A DNA stretch of 64,000 nt from Pseudovirgaria hyperparasitica. Taxonomy: Eukaryota. Position numbers and translations under genes: made by a program. The stretch lies in assembly GCA_010093815.1 (NCBI GenBank), contig ML996580.1; one strand, 5' to 3'. The notes beneath the pieces are model-generated. The model had not been told where the DNA came from, searched no databases, and worked only from the letters and a program-made list of their open reading frames with translations. Positions 1 through 10,977 of this stretch are shown piece after piece. Numbering within the stretch: position 1 is the stretch's first letter; every line of letters starts with the position of its first letter.

Positions 1-536
1 TGTCACAGGTCGCTGTATGCCTCGGCGGTCTGCGACTGTGCAAGATTTCCGAACCACGCCGTCCGCAAGCACGCGTCCCCGGCCTCAAAGACGACCACGA
101 CCACCCTTTCCGTCGAGACCTCGCCGAAAGGTCAGAGCTGCAGCTGAGACCGACTACGACACCACCGCCTGACCACAACGAAGACGACGTGCTCGAGCAC
201 GACACGCGGTCACTGCCGCCGAACAGCCCTGCTGCGCGTCTTGCATCTCCACCTGTAAAGTGGGAAGTACATAGCGGCGGCGGCGGCGTGGACGAGAGGG
301 CGTGGCGTACACCACAGGCAGCGCTGTGTTCTGAGATACCGACAGATCCGGCTGTCCAGCGGGCAGCAGCGTCAACAGCTCCTCAGCTCACGACGATAGC
401 CCGGAAATCCGCATACGGAACGCCGCATCCGGACCCTCACCAGAGCATATTCGGCGGCGAAGCACGACCAGATCCAAACGCACTCCCACCACCACCATCA
501 AACCCCACCTCTACAACACCACACAGCCCACACCCC

Positions 537-1244
537 ATGCCCCCTAACCCCTCCCCCTTCCTCGCCCTCCCCCCCGAACTCCGCGCCGCAATCTACACCC
601 ACCTCCCCACCCCGCTCATCCACCCCACCCCCCTAATCTACTGCCTCTCCACCACCCACCCCACAAAGTCCCACCCGCTCACCACCCTCAACCGCGCCCT
701 CCGCGCCGAAGCCCTCGCCATCTACTACAGCCAAAACACATGGCTCATCAAGCTCGAGGACGCAGCGTTCTATGACGCGTTCCGCGCCTGGATCGCGGGC
801 GTGGGACGAGCGGTGGGGTATCTGAGGCGGGTGCGGGTTTGTGTGCGAGCGGGGGTAGTAGGGAGGTGTAAGGAGGTAGTGAGACAGCGGAGTTTGCCTT
901 CTGTTGCGGCTTCGCTGCCGGTGTATTATCATCGGATGCCGGAGGAGGAGGAGGGCGAGGCGATGCTGGAGATTGATCTTAGTGAGCGGGGGGATGGGCC
1001 TGTGGTTCGTGTGCTGCGGTGTGATGCTGGGGGGTGTGGCTGTGGTGGTGGTGGAGGCGGGGGCTGTGGGCGCGAGGTTGTGTGTGGGGTTGTGCGGGAG
1101 GCGGCGGTGCGGCTTTGGGATGTTAAGCATGGGCGCGAGGGTGTGCGGGTGGGTGATTGGGAGGAGTTTGTGGATGGGGTTTTGGGGAGGTTGGGGACNN
1201 NNNNNNNNNNNNNNNNNNNNNNNNGGGGGGTGAGGGGTGGATAA
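537..1244 (+). CDS. F-box-like hypothetical protein; 3' end uncertain because of an assembly gap
   Basis: ATG at 537 is in frame with ORF 189..1244. The N-terminal SPFLALPPELRAAIY followed by LTTLNRALRAEALAIYY matches the fungal F-box-like 'FLxLPxELRxxIY' pattern. Ns at 1199-1223 make the stop position unreliable. Confidence 0.65.
   Translation: MPPNPSPFLALPPELRAAIYTHLPTPLIHPTPLIYCLSTTHPTKSHPLTTLNRALRAEALAIYYSQNTWLIKLEDAAFYDAFRAWIAGVGRAVGYLRRVRVCVRAGVVGRCKEVVRQRSLPSVAASLPVYYHRMPEEEEGEAMLEIDLSERGDGPVVRVLRCDAGGCGCGGGGGGGCGREVVCGVVREAAVRLWDVKHGREGVRVGDWEEFVDGVLGRLGXXXXXXXXXXGVRGG
1199..1223. other. Assembly gap (25 N)
   Basis: Run of N characters. Confidence 0.99.
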
Positions 1245-1559
1245 GGGGGAGGAGAGGGAGAGAGGGAGAGAGTAGAGGAAAGTATTTATAAGGGAGAGGG
1301 AGAGAGGGAGGTATTCGACCTACTACTCACTCGTATGCTACATCCTCTAAGTCTCGTCTTGGAGTCCATGCTACACATACCATTAACATAATTAACATCC
1401 CACTCATCTACAGTCCATATTTCCATATACCGTAGCAATACGGCCATCTCCTCTGACTAACTCCCCTTACCCGGAGTGTTGTGTGATACGATATGTCTCT
1501 TCCGGTGCTGCTGGGGTCGGCTGATAGGCTCGATAAGACTTTATTAACGAGTTTATAGA

Positions 1560-3900
1560 CATGGACACCCTCTTATTCACTACTCTCTTACCCGTCCATC
1601 CTACCTGCCACATACGACCGTCACACCCCTACCCCCAACCTACCCGTCACCTACCCATCTCCATCTCCATAACCCATCTCCATAGCCCATAGCACAGCAT
1701 AGTATATAAACACCCACCCTCCCTCCTACGACAACACCCTAGTCCAACTGTCCAACTATAGCCATGCCATGCAAGACCCAAGAACAGGAAAACTCGGGCC
1801 TGGGCGGCGTAAGAATAGCCGTCATGTCTGCGTGCGTGACTTGGAGGGAGGAGAATAATATGCGTGGTTGGGGGCTTAGGGACAGAAGATGGCAGAGATG
1901 AGGTGGGTATAGTGGGTGGGATGGAAGGGTAGGTGCTAATGTTTGTTATTGTGGGGAGGGGGGTGGTTGTTATTGTGTTGAGGGTGGTGGTTGTTATTGC
2001 GTTGAAAGGGGGTGATGTTCATCATTATTATCGTTGTATAGATGGTTCCATATGCGCGTTCGTTTCTCTGGTAGTTGTTAGGGGGTGGGAATTGGGGTTA
2101 GGATTAGGGGATTGGATTTGAGGATTGGATTGGGAATTATGGTGCTTTTGTGTGCTGGGTGCTGGGTGCTAGGACTTGTGTGTAGCATATTTTGATGTAG
2201 TCTAGTAATGTGTGAAGAGTAGCAGAGACTAGCGAGGTTAACTCTACTCATCTAGTACCCTATTCACTCGTTTGGCCACTTACTAATCCATCCATCTATC
2301 CATCCATCTATCCACCCACCTACCCGACAATTCATAGCCCCCTAGTCTCTAACCAACCACTTCACACATATATAACCCCCCTCCCACCTTCCCTTCCACC
2401 TTCCCTTCCACTACCATCCCCCCCTCTTACCTAACATCGTCTATCATCGACGATGGCCCTCCAATTCAATTCTAACGCTATGTGGCACCCCACAAGCAAT
2501 AGATCATGCTCTCGTCTCTGCCCTCGCACGTCAGGATGCTATCATTGTTACTTACTTACACGCGGTGACGGAGGTTATCATGCCTCCTATCATGCCTATC
2601 ATCATCGCTGCTATTATGCTTATTATTATTGATCTCATGCTTATCATCATGGAGAAGGACTGATGCCTATCATTCTTATGAATGATGCTGGCCAGACATC
2701 ATCTTTCTCGTGCGTATGAATCATAGTGTTTCTGAGTTATGTGAGATGGTAAGTGGTGGGTGTTGGGTGGGTGGGTGTGGCATGTATTGGCGTGGGTTGA
2801 TTTGGTTTGGTTTGAGCTATTCAACGTGTGGAGTGGTGGGGTATGGTACGTCCAGTTTATTTGACGTGTGAAGAGTAGAGTGTAGTGTAGAGACTGCCGG
2901 GTCAGGTCACGTCGTGTCGTGTCGACTCCATCCACCTACCCGTCCATTCACAGCCCTAGCCCTTTAGTCCCTATATATATCTCCCATCCGCTCCTCCCTC
3001 TCTTCTCTCCTTACCTCTATCTTTACATCTACTACATCTACTACGTATACTATCTCTACTTCCACATGGCACTCTCAAGCACTGTACACAGAGCACCGCA
3101 TCACTTCTAATGGCTCTCATACCGTGTGCTGTGCACCTTTACCATGGTGATGATGGTGTTGCCTTGCGTTGTACTGTGCCGTTGTTCAAGCCAGGAGATG
3201 AAGCATAGTGTTGTTTATCCACGCGTGCTAGTAGTGATGATAGTCACCACGCAGAGGCACTAATACTCATTATTATCATGATTATTTTCGTGCGCATGTG
3301 TGTCAACCACCTGCGTATGCCGCATTGTGTATACTGGATACTTGCTGCTGTGTGTAGGATGATTCATGGTTTGGCTTCCTTTGGTGTGGGCTGTGGCGTT
3401 TGTTTTATCTTACTTTTGGTCTAGAAGTCTTAGTATGTAGAGTACGTGAGGAGTAGAGTGCCGGGTCATGTCGCGTTGACTCTACGTTCTATCCGTCCGT
3501 CCACTTACCTACCTACCCTTCCATCCATTCACACCCCTCCAGTCACCTACCCGCCACGCCACACACACACATATGTAACCCCTCCCCTTGCTCTCTCCTC
3601 TTTCTCCTCCTTACATCCAGTCCCGATAACACTACAAACCAACATCGGATACGATGTATGCCTGTACGATGATGGTTCATATGTTGTGCTGTGTCGTGCT
3701 AGTGTTACGAGGGGTGTTTTAAGCCAAGGCGGAATGCGCGGAATGGTGGTGTGTGGTGGGAGGGATTGTGTGATGATGCTTAGCATCGGACTGGGGTGGT
3801 GGTGGTGAGTATTATGTGTGATATATGATGGATGGTTCAATTAAGGGGAGTGGCAGGAATATATCTTGAGATGTGCTGTGTTTGAGAATGAATGAATGCG
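1560..3900. repeat. Four diverged tandem units of roughly 580-660 bp
   Basis: Motifs recur in the same order: GTGA(A/G)GAGTAG (~2212, 2868, 3446), TGCCGGGTCA (~2895, 3459), ACCTACCCG, CATTCACA(G/C)CCC, then TATATA/CATATGTAA (~1703, 2369, 2972, 3570) and a pyrimidine tract. Units 3 and 4 also share GATGATGGT...GTTGT(A/G)CTGTG(C/T)CGT...AAGCCA. Confidence 0.6.
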
Positions 3901-4153
3901 CCTCTGTCGCACCTAGTAGATTGTGGGGAAAGGGGGAAAACGAATGAACGGCGTCCAAGTGTTCGATCGGTGCGTTTATTAACGGTGACGGTTATATATA
4001 CACACTCCCCCTGAACAACGGCACTGATAATCACCACGACCTACCCTCCATCTTCACACCCCAGGCCAAGACTAAACTCTCTACCCATCTTGCAATCTCC
4101 ATCCATCCATCCATCCATCCATCCACCCACCAAGCCTCACCCAAGCCCAAGCC

Positions 4154-7100
4154 TCACCCCAACCCACGCAACCCCCCCAACACCAACCCCGCAACCCCCT
4201 CCCTCTTCAACCCCCCAATCACCTCCACCGCACCAACCCGCACCCTCTCATCCCTACTCCCCCGCCACGCATCCAACAAGTCAACAACAAGACACACATC
4301 CCCGTCCTCACGCACCCCGCCCGTACACCGCCTAATCAGCATCTGCGCTACATCAATCCGCATGTAGAGCGCGCGATCGGGGTTGTTGATATCTGGCTTC
4401 GACGCCTTCGTGGCAGGGTGGGAGCAGCTGGGCTGGAGCCATGGTTCGAGGGCTTGTTCGGTAGAGAGGGGTGTGCGGGACGGATCATGCGTGGCGATGG
4501 CGTGAGCGACAAACGCGTAGTCTGATACGTCAATCTGTTGTGCGGCGCTCTGGACGAGCGGGTACTGGTCCCAGTACTGCGGGTATTCGAGGACGCGGTC
4601 GATGAGGCGGACGATCAAGTCTGCGAAGCCGAGCTGGCGCTCCTTGATCGTCTGGTGGGGCCCGGCGAGGCGGTTGATGACCAGCGTGTGGAGTCTCATG
4701 GCGAGGGTGGGCGGGAGCAGTTTGGGCGTGCGGTCGGGGTTCGATTTCCAGGCGTCGTCGTTGTCGCGGAGATGCTCGATGAGCGACAGGACTCTGTCTA
4801 TCCAGGGCCGGCCGTAGGTCCACATCGTGGCTTGCGAGCGTGTTCTTTGGTCTGATCTGCTGTCGTACTGCCAGGGGCAGCTGGTGCCTGAGCCGGCGGC
4901 GAGACTGCCGAAGCGCGTCTTGATTCCGCTGGTGAGCATGTTCCACGCCCTGAGGTCTTTGCCGCCATGGTCGAAGATGACGGATTGGGCTTCTTCGAGG
5001 GCGAGGTCATACAGACGTTTACACGCGGCGTCGTGCTCGAGACCGTCGTACTTCAAGGACGAGAACAGCGAGCATGGGACCCAAAAGTCGTCTGCTTCCA
5101 GCGCGGCGAGCTTCCGGTCGACTAGCGACAGGGCGTGGAGACCTGCAGCGGACTTTCGCACTTTATCGGCGTGCAGCTTGTTGATATCGTCGCGCAGTGC
5201 AGACGGGGGCTTGAGATTCAGCATCACAAAGGCATGCTGGCGCTCCACCAGGGAGAACGGCTTCGCGCCCGGCATGGAGAGAGCTTTGCGAAGGATGCCA
5301 GGTTTGACCGGGAGGGCAGGGAGCTCTGCAAAAGCCAGGAAGCCAGTGCTCTTAGCAAACATCCTGAGCCAGCGAGCATTATTCTCGCACGACTGCTCGA
5401 TGACGGGAACGATGATGCGCTGCATGTAGACGTCCCCAAGCCACGAACCAGACGCATCGAAACCGACCAGCAAGTCCAGTATCGGCGGCCTGTTGATGTC
5501 GAACCTCTGGCCCTCGGACCACACCGTCGGGAGTTCCAGCCGGTCTTCGGCATCGAGCATCTCCTGATCGGACAACGGCTTCCTCTCGTCCAGGCTTGCC
5601 GCAACAGGCACCACCCTCTCCAGCACGTCGAGAATCCGCTCTGCAAACGCGCGGTCGACGACTCCCGTGTTCGCCCTGAGCATGCCGAGCAAGCTCTCCA
5701 CGATCGCGGTGCGGATGTCGATATGCCTCGCGTCTTCAAACAGGCCACCAAGCAGATCAAGCGCGAATCTCGGGGCAATAAAGTTACTCCGATCGAGCAG
5801 CTGCGCCAGGTACTTGACCGTCGTCACCTTGACCGCGGGCGCTTTCTGTGCAGGCTGAGCCTCATCTCCCGTCCCAGCATCGGGCTTGGAGTTACTCTTG
5901 CTCTGTAGCGCAAGCTTCTGCCGTATCTCGTCCGCAAACGAGGCCATGAAAGCGCGGACCCGGGACGCCGACATCCTGCGCAGGAATCTGGGCGAGAGGA
6001 CAAGACGATGCCAAGAGCTCGCGTCCGGATGGTCGAGCACGGCGCGCAAGATCAGGCTCGAGGCCAGCTGCGGCGCGTCGCTCAGAGTCAGCAGGCGAAG
6101 GAGCTGATATGCCACTCTCTCGCGCAGATAGATTTTCGAATCGGCCTTGGACATGCTGAGATATTGGCTCCAGGCCGACGACACGAGCTGAGCCAGGAGG
6201 CTGGGCGGGACCGCACGTAGACAGCGCAGCTCGGCCAGCGAGTGCAACGCTTTGTCGTGCTCGGTGGTCTTGCCCAGGAAGTCGATGCTGAGGAACAGAG
6301 GTGGGAAGCGAGCGTCATCTGGCGATGGAAACGCCGAGGCCAGTACTCTTGGAGATCCCTTCCCCATGGCATCGAGGTACAGCAAAGACACCGCAATCTG
6401 AGCCTCGCGCACGAGATGCGCCTTTGCCTTGGTGCCTCTGCTCTCAAACACAGTGGGAAACGAAACCGCAGCCGTGAAGATCTCTGGCGTCAACGACTCC
6501 GCGAATATATCGGTGTACCAGAACGCGTTGAGCCGGCCCGCCTCGAGGAAGTAATCGAGATTGACGAGCTCGGTCACAGGTTTACTCTTGGTATCCGCGG
6601 GTTTCAGTTCGTTGGGATCCCACTCGTCCTGGACGTTCGGGTCTGCGTCTTCTGGTATCAGGGGGTAGTTGTACGGTCGGGAGACAGGCTCGAAGTCTTC
6701 CGTGTCTTTCTGCAGCGCCTCGCACAGCAGCTCTAGTGGTAGGTGCTCCGAGACATAGCCACAAAGACGCAGGAATTCAGCATCAGGCGCGGCTTCGTGG
6801 CTGGTAGCAGCGTCATGAGGCCCACGTCGAAAGTTGTCCAGAAGGTGATTGACGGCAGCGGCACAGCGCTCGACTCTGGCGCTCTTGGAAGGTGCTTGGT
6901 CGACATATATCTTGAGTGCGATTCCGTATGCATCGATGAAGCACCCAATCGTCTCCTTCAATTCTCTATCCTTGTCGTCATCTCCCGGGGCGCTCGCCAT
7001 CATGAGAGACGGATCAGCGAACACAATTGACTTTGCTCGGTCCGCAATATACGGCGTGTGACCATCTGCCGCGGGGACTGCGATATCGAACGGTCGGATG

Positions 7101-9331
7101 AGACACTGCAGTGGCAGTCCCCTTGGCCACGGAGACGGCAGCGCGACGACCGCAGGCGTAATGCTGGCCCGATGCTCACGCCACAGCGCGTCTCGAGCCT
7201 TGGCCAGCTCGTCGATGAACGTATATGCTGCAGCAGGGGTATCTCCCAGATCCTGCAAGTCCAGAAAGCGATATCCGACAGAAGCCGGTCCAAACGCCCC
7301 GTTGAACTCGAGAGCCTTGTTCGATTCAGCCAAGCCTATCTCCTCCGCCCTGAGAAGTGTACTCAGCGTGCTCTTGAACAATGCATCGTACAACTGCTCG
7401 TCTGCAAGGGCCAGACACCTCTTGACATGACAAGCCTGCTTGATCCGTTCCCACGCGACATATTCAAACGTAGCTCTGACAGCCTCCCAATCCCCAGACG
7501 AAAAGGACGGTTCACGAATAGCAGAGACCGCCAAATCGAGAAGCTGCATGAGAACCTCATTCGCTTTCGCAGCACTGCTCTTAATCTCAGCCAGAATCAG
7601 GGTATGCTCTGCACCCCCCAGATCGAGACTCCCCGTCGAATCGAACGGCAGGCCAGACAGCGTCCTCACAGCTTCAGGCCGGAGCAAGACATCAGCACCA
7701 AAGATCGTCTTGGCCGTCAGGGGATCACGCGAGAGCCGCCGCGCCCAAGCCAACGTGTCTCCAAGCAGGGCGATGGACCCGCTTGCAGCGGCGAGCAGAA
7801 GCGCAGCCTTTGCCTCGAACGCGCGCACGGGCTGGTCGCGCGCAGCAGAGGCCAACTTACAACGTGCATCAACCAACTCCTTCGCCAACTCGTAGTCTCG
7901 GCCGCGGCGCAGGGCGCAGAGGAGGACTTCGCTGTCGACTCGTTGGCAGGCAAGGGGAATCCCCTGGTAGGCGTGGGTGCAGGACTGGTGGATGGTGCCT
8001 GGTGGCGGGACGAGGAAGTCCTGCTTGGTGTGGATGTCGGACAGGCGCTTGAGCAGAGGCACGGCATCGGACGGCGGCATGTCTAGGAACATCTTAACGG
8101 GCCATCGCGTGGTGGCTAGTTTGGCCAGATCGTCGAGCCGGTGCAAGCTTAGACTTTTGACGGGGTTCTGGAGGAAGAGGGTTTGCAGCAGAGTGTACCT
8201 GCGGTCGCGGGGGACTAGTCCGAGCAGTTCGTGATAGCGCGACAGGAGGTCGTGGTCGTTGTTTCGGTTCGTCGTGCGGAGGATGGACGAGAGTCGGGAG
8301 TCGAAGTTCTCCGGGTCTTTGCCCCAATGCGTCACGACGTGCCATATCAACGATCCCTTGTCATGGCCCGCGAGCACAAGACAATCCCGCTCCTTGGGAT
8401 GTATGCTCAGGTAGCGGATGGCGAGATCAATAATGGTGAGCTTTACTTCCGGGCTCAACTTATGAGCCCGCCGCAACAGCGGGGCCAAAACATTCCGGAC
8501 AAGGCTGAAGCCCGGAGGCAGATCCGAGTCTGACTGCGCAAGCCGTCGGAAGAGGCTGAACAGATAGTACGACGGCCCGCTGAGTCCCGGCACCGGACTC
8601 GGTTCATGGGAGCCAGACTCCACAATAGCATCGATATACCGAGCCGGGTCCCGGACGAGTCGTTCCCGGCCGCCGAACAGCGTCTCGTCAATCATCCTCC
8701 CAACAACCTCATAGTGGTTATTCAACAACTGCCGCCTCGCAGTCTTATGCAGCAACCCCAGCGCATCCCCATGCGCCCTAAAGTACTGCTCCACAAACTC
8801 CGACGTGCAAGCCGCGATCAAGACACGATACTGATGCGTCAGATCGCGCGCGTCCGCCGAACGGATCGGTACATCCCCATAGTACCGCGGATGCAGCGCC
8901 TTGAACAGCTCCGTCACAACCACCTGCCTCGCCCGCGCGTCCCCGTCGACAGGACTCATTCGCCCCAGCGCCTTCGCCACGGCCTTGACCTCCACCACCG
9001 ACATCTCGGCCATGTGCTCGAGGAGGCCGCGCGTGCCGCCGAGCGCAGCCCAGAGCGTGCGCCATTGCCTGCCGCGCCACAGCCTGCCCAGGCTCTTGAC
9101 GGCAGCGGCCCGGACGGCGGCGGAGAAGCTGGTGGACAGGCATGTGGCGACCAGCGCAGGGGACTGGGTGATGGTGAGCCAGGTGGAGAGGATGGACGGG
9201 GCGAGGGCCTGGGACTCGATGGAGCGCAGGAGGTGGGTGGAGACGGCGTCGTCGGACAGGGTGGTGCGGTGCTGGCGGAGGGAGGCGGCGGTTTGGGCGG
9301 ACGTTAAGCGGCGCAGCTGGGTGTTGTCCAT
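4154..9331 (-). CDS. Large intronless hypothetical protein (1725 aa), Leu/Ala-rich, probably alpha-helical
   Basis: Uninterrupted 5.2-kb ORF with ATG start and protein-like composition. I recognise no catalytic motif. Confidence 0.85.
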   Translation of the reverse strand: MDNTQLRRLTSAQTAASLRQHRTTLSDDAVSTHLLRSIESQALAPSILSTWLTITQSPALVATCLSTSFSAAVRAAAVKSLGRLWRGRQWRTLWAALGGTRGLLEHMAEMSVVEVKAVAKALGRMSPVDGDARARQVVVTELFKALHPRYYGDVPIRSADARDLTHQYRVLIAACTSEFVEQYFRAHGDALGLLHKTARRQLLNNHYEVVGRMIDETLFGGRERLVRDPARYIDAIVESGSHEPSPVPGLSGPSYYLFSLFRRLAQSDSDLPPGFSLVRNVLAPLLRRAHKLSPEVKLTIIDLAIRYLSIHPKERDCLVLAGHDKGSLIWHVVTHWGKDPENFDSRLSSILRTTNRNNDHDLLSRYHELLGLVPRDRRYTLLQTLFLQNPVKSLSLHRLDDLAKLATTRWPVKMFLDMPPSDAVPLLKRLSDIHTKQDFLVPPPGTIHQSCTHAYQGIPLACQRVDSEVLLCALRRGRDYELAKELVDARCKLASAARDQPVRAFEAKAALLLAAASGSIALLGDTLAWARRLSRDPLTAKTIFGADVLLRPEAVRTLSGLPFDSTGSLDLGGAEHTLILAEIKSSAAKANEVLMQLLDLAVSAIREPSFSSGDWEAVRATFEYVAWERIKQACHVKRCLALADEQLYDALFKSTLSTLLRAEEIGLAESNKALEFNGAFGPASVGYRFLDLQDLGDTPAAAYTFIDELAKARDALWREHRASITPAVVALPSPWPRGLPLQCLIRPFDIAVPAADGHTPYIADRAKSIVFADPSLMMASAPGDDDKDRELKETIGCFIDAYGIALKIYVDQAPSKSARVERCAAAVNHLLDNFRRGPHDAATSHEAAPDAEFLRLCGYVSEHLPLELLCEALQKDTEDFEPVSRPYNYPLIPEDADPNVQDEWDPNELKPADTKSKPVTELVNLDYFLEAGRLNAFWYTDIFAESLTPEIFTAAVSFPTVFESRGTKAKAHLVREAQIAVSLLYLDAMGKGSPRVLASAFPSPDDARFPPLFLSIDFLGKTTEHDKALHSLAELRCLRAVPPSLLAQLVSSAWSQYLSMSKADSKIYLRERVAYQLLRLLTLSDAPQLASSLILRAVLDHPDASSWHRLVLSPRFLRRMSASRVRAFMASFADEIRQKLALQSKSNSKPDAGTGDEAQPAQKAPAVKVTTVKYLAQLLDRSNFIAPRFALDLLGGLFEDARHIDIRTAIVESLLGMLRANTGVVDRAFAERILDVLERVVPVAASLDERKPLSDQEMLDAEDRLELPTVWSEGQRFDINRPPILDLLVGFDASGSWLGDVYMQRIIVPVIEQSCENNARWLRMFAKSTGFLAFAELPALPVKPGILRKALSMPGAKPFSLVERQHAFVMLNLKPPSALRDDINKLHADKVRKSAAGLHALSLVDRKLAALEADDFWVPCSLFSSLKYDGLEHDAACKRLYDLALEEAQSVIFDHGGKDLRAWNMLTSGIKTRFGSLAAGSGTSCPWQYDSRSDQRTRSQATMWTYGRPWIDRVLSLIEHLRDNDDAWKSNPDRTPKLLPPTLAMRLHTLVINRLAGPHQTIKERQLGFADLIVRLIDRVLEYPQYWDQYPLVQSAAQQIDVSDYAFVAHAIATHDPSRTPLSTEQALEPWLQPSCSHPATKASKPDINNPDRALYMRIDVAQMLIRRCTGGVREDGDVCLVVDLLDAWRGSRDERVRVGAVEVIGGLKREGVAGLVLGGLRGLG

Positions 9332-9765
9332 CTTCGTCGTGGAGGCCTGTGATGCGGCTGGTGGATGGGGATGGGGCGGCTTGAGGGGTTCTTATGAGGG
9401 AGATGTGGGCTGTGGTGTCGAGGCGTCGATCTCCCGTGTGCGATGCTGGAGCGGGACATCTCGCGGCCTGGGACGCGGTGATGTGGTGTTGCAGCCTGGA
9501 GGTGGGTCATGCTAGTCGGCGGGCATAGGAGTGGTAGCGATGAATCCTCTTGCTAGGTGCGTCCGTACTACTGTATGTATGTATGTGGTGAGTGTATACG
9601 GACGAGTAGGGTAGAGGTGTCGAGGCGTCCCGCTAGTCTATAAATAGAACACCGCAGAACCACAACACCATTACATCATCCCGGACACCAATCAACCTCA
9701 ATATCAACATCAACATCACCACCACTACCACCTCTCCCAACCCACCACTCACCCCCCAACACACA

Positions 9766-10818
9766 ATGTCCCCCCAACCCCCCGCAGTCGACATCCTAAT
9801 CCTCGGCACCAGCTGGACAACAACCTTCCTGACGCCCCTACTCCGCGCCCATAACATAACCCACGCAACAACAAGCACAACCGCCCGCCCAGGCACCCTC
9901 CCCTTCCACTTCGTCCCCTCCACCCCCTCCACCGACCAGGACGACGACGAAGTCGGATCCCAAGCCCAATACACCGCCCTCCCCCCCGCAACCCTAATCC
10001 TAATCACATTCCCCCTCACCACCGCCTCGCACACCACCCAGCTCACGCGCCACTACACAGCCACCCACCCCAGCGCAACACCGTATTTCGTCCTCCTAGG
10101 CAGTACACGCATCTTCACTCCCACGCCTTCTTCTCCGCTGAGCTACGACGCCTCTTCTCCCCGCGCAGTAGCCGAAGACACCCTCCTCGCGCTCTACCCC
10201 TCGCGTGCGACGGTGCTCAACCTCGCGGGTTTATACGGCCGTCCGCCTATAGAACCTACTTCGACGACGACGACCACCGCCAGCGGAGAAGAAGAAAGCA
10301 GCAGACACAGCGCGCGCGATCCGCGGTCCTGGCTGTCGCGTGTGGCGCCGGGGAAGGAGGCGTTGGGGCGAAAGGGCGCGCTGCATTTGGTGCATGGCGG
10401 GGATGTAGCGCGGGGTGTGCTGGGGGTTTGGGGGTGTATTCGCGCGGAGGGTGGTGGTAGTACTACTACAGGGAAGACTGGGGATGGGGAGAGTGGGAAG
10501 GATGGGAAGGGTGCAAAGGAACAGATCTGGGGCCGGCGGTGGATAGTCACGGACTTGCACTGGTATGACTGGTGGGAGCTTGCGTTTGCCTGGGGGGACG
10601 GACGGCTAGATCACGGGGCGGACGCGGGGAAAGATGGCGACGGAGAGTATAGAGAGTGGGTGATGCAGTTGATGGAGGAGCATGGTGTGCGGGCACTGCC
10701 GCGGCCGGTGGAGGTGGTGGGCCGGGTGTTGGATTCGCGGGCGTTTTGGCGGGCTGTTGGGATGGTGCCGGGGCGGGGACATGTGCTTTCTGTTGTTGGG
10801 GGGGAGGAGGATTGGTAG
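9766..10818 (+). CDS. Atypical NAD(P)-binding Rossmann-fold (epimerase/SDR-like) protein
   Basis: 350-aa ORF with N-terminal DILILGTSWTTTFL (degenerate dinucleotide-binding strand/helix), FVLLGST, AVAEDTLL, VLNLAGLYG and LHLVHGGDVA, all typical of atypical SDRs. TATAAAT at ~9639. Confidence 0.75.
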   Translation: MSPQPPAVDILILGTSWTTTFLTPLLRAHNITHATTSTTARPGTLPFHFVPSTPSTDQDDDEVGSQAQYTALPPATLILITFPLTTASHTTQLTRHYTATHPSATPYFVLLGSTRIFTPTPSSPLSYDASSPRAVAEDTLLALYPSRATVLNLAGLYGRPPIEPTSTTTTTASGEEESSRHSARDPRSWLSRVAPGKEALGRKGALHLVHGGDVARGVLGVWGCIRAEGGGSTTTGKTGDGESGKDGKGAKEQIWGRRWIVTDLHWYDWWELAFAWGDGRLDHGADAGKDGDGEYREWVMQLMEEHGVRALPRPVEVVGRVLDSRAFWRAVGMVPGRGHVLSVVGGEEDW

Positions 10819-10977
10819 GGGTTAGATGGGAGAGGGAGACTCTAGCATGATCCGGCATGATCTATCTAGCATATACGAAATAGAATAGAAACCAACACCA
10901 CATTCCATCCACGCACAACCACCCTTCCCCCCCCCCCCCAAACCCAGCCCATGTGCCCCCCTAACCACCAACCACAC

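Noticed and set aside
189..536. Upstream extension of the first ORF from a GTG
   Set aside because: Eukaryotic context; the ATG at 537 directly precedes the F-box-like motif and the extension is low-complexity.
4530..9515. Many long overlapping or antisense ORFs (e.g. 7058..8086, 5135..5908; also 20291..21766 and 37296..38198)
   Set aside because: Shadows of GC-rich real genes; no motifs and biased composition.
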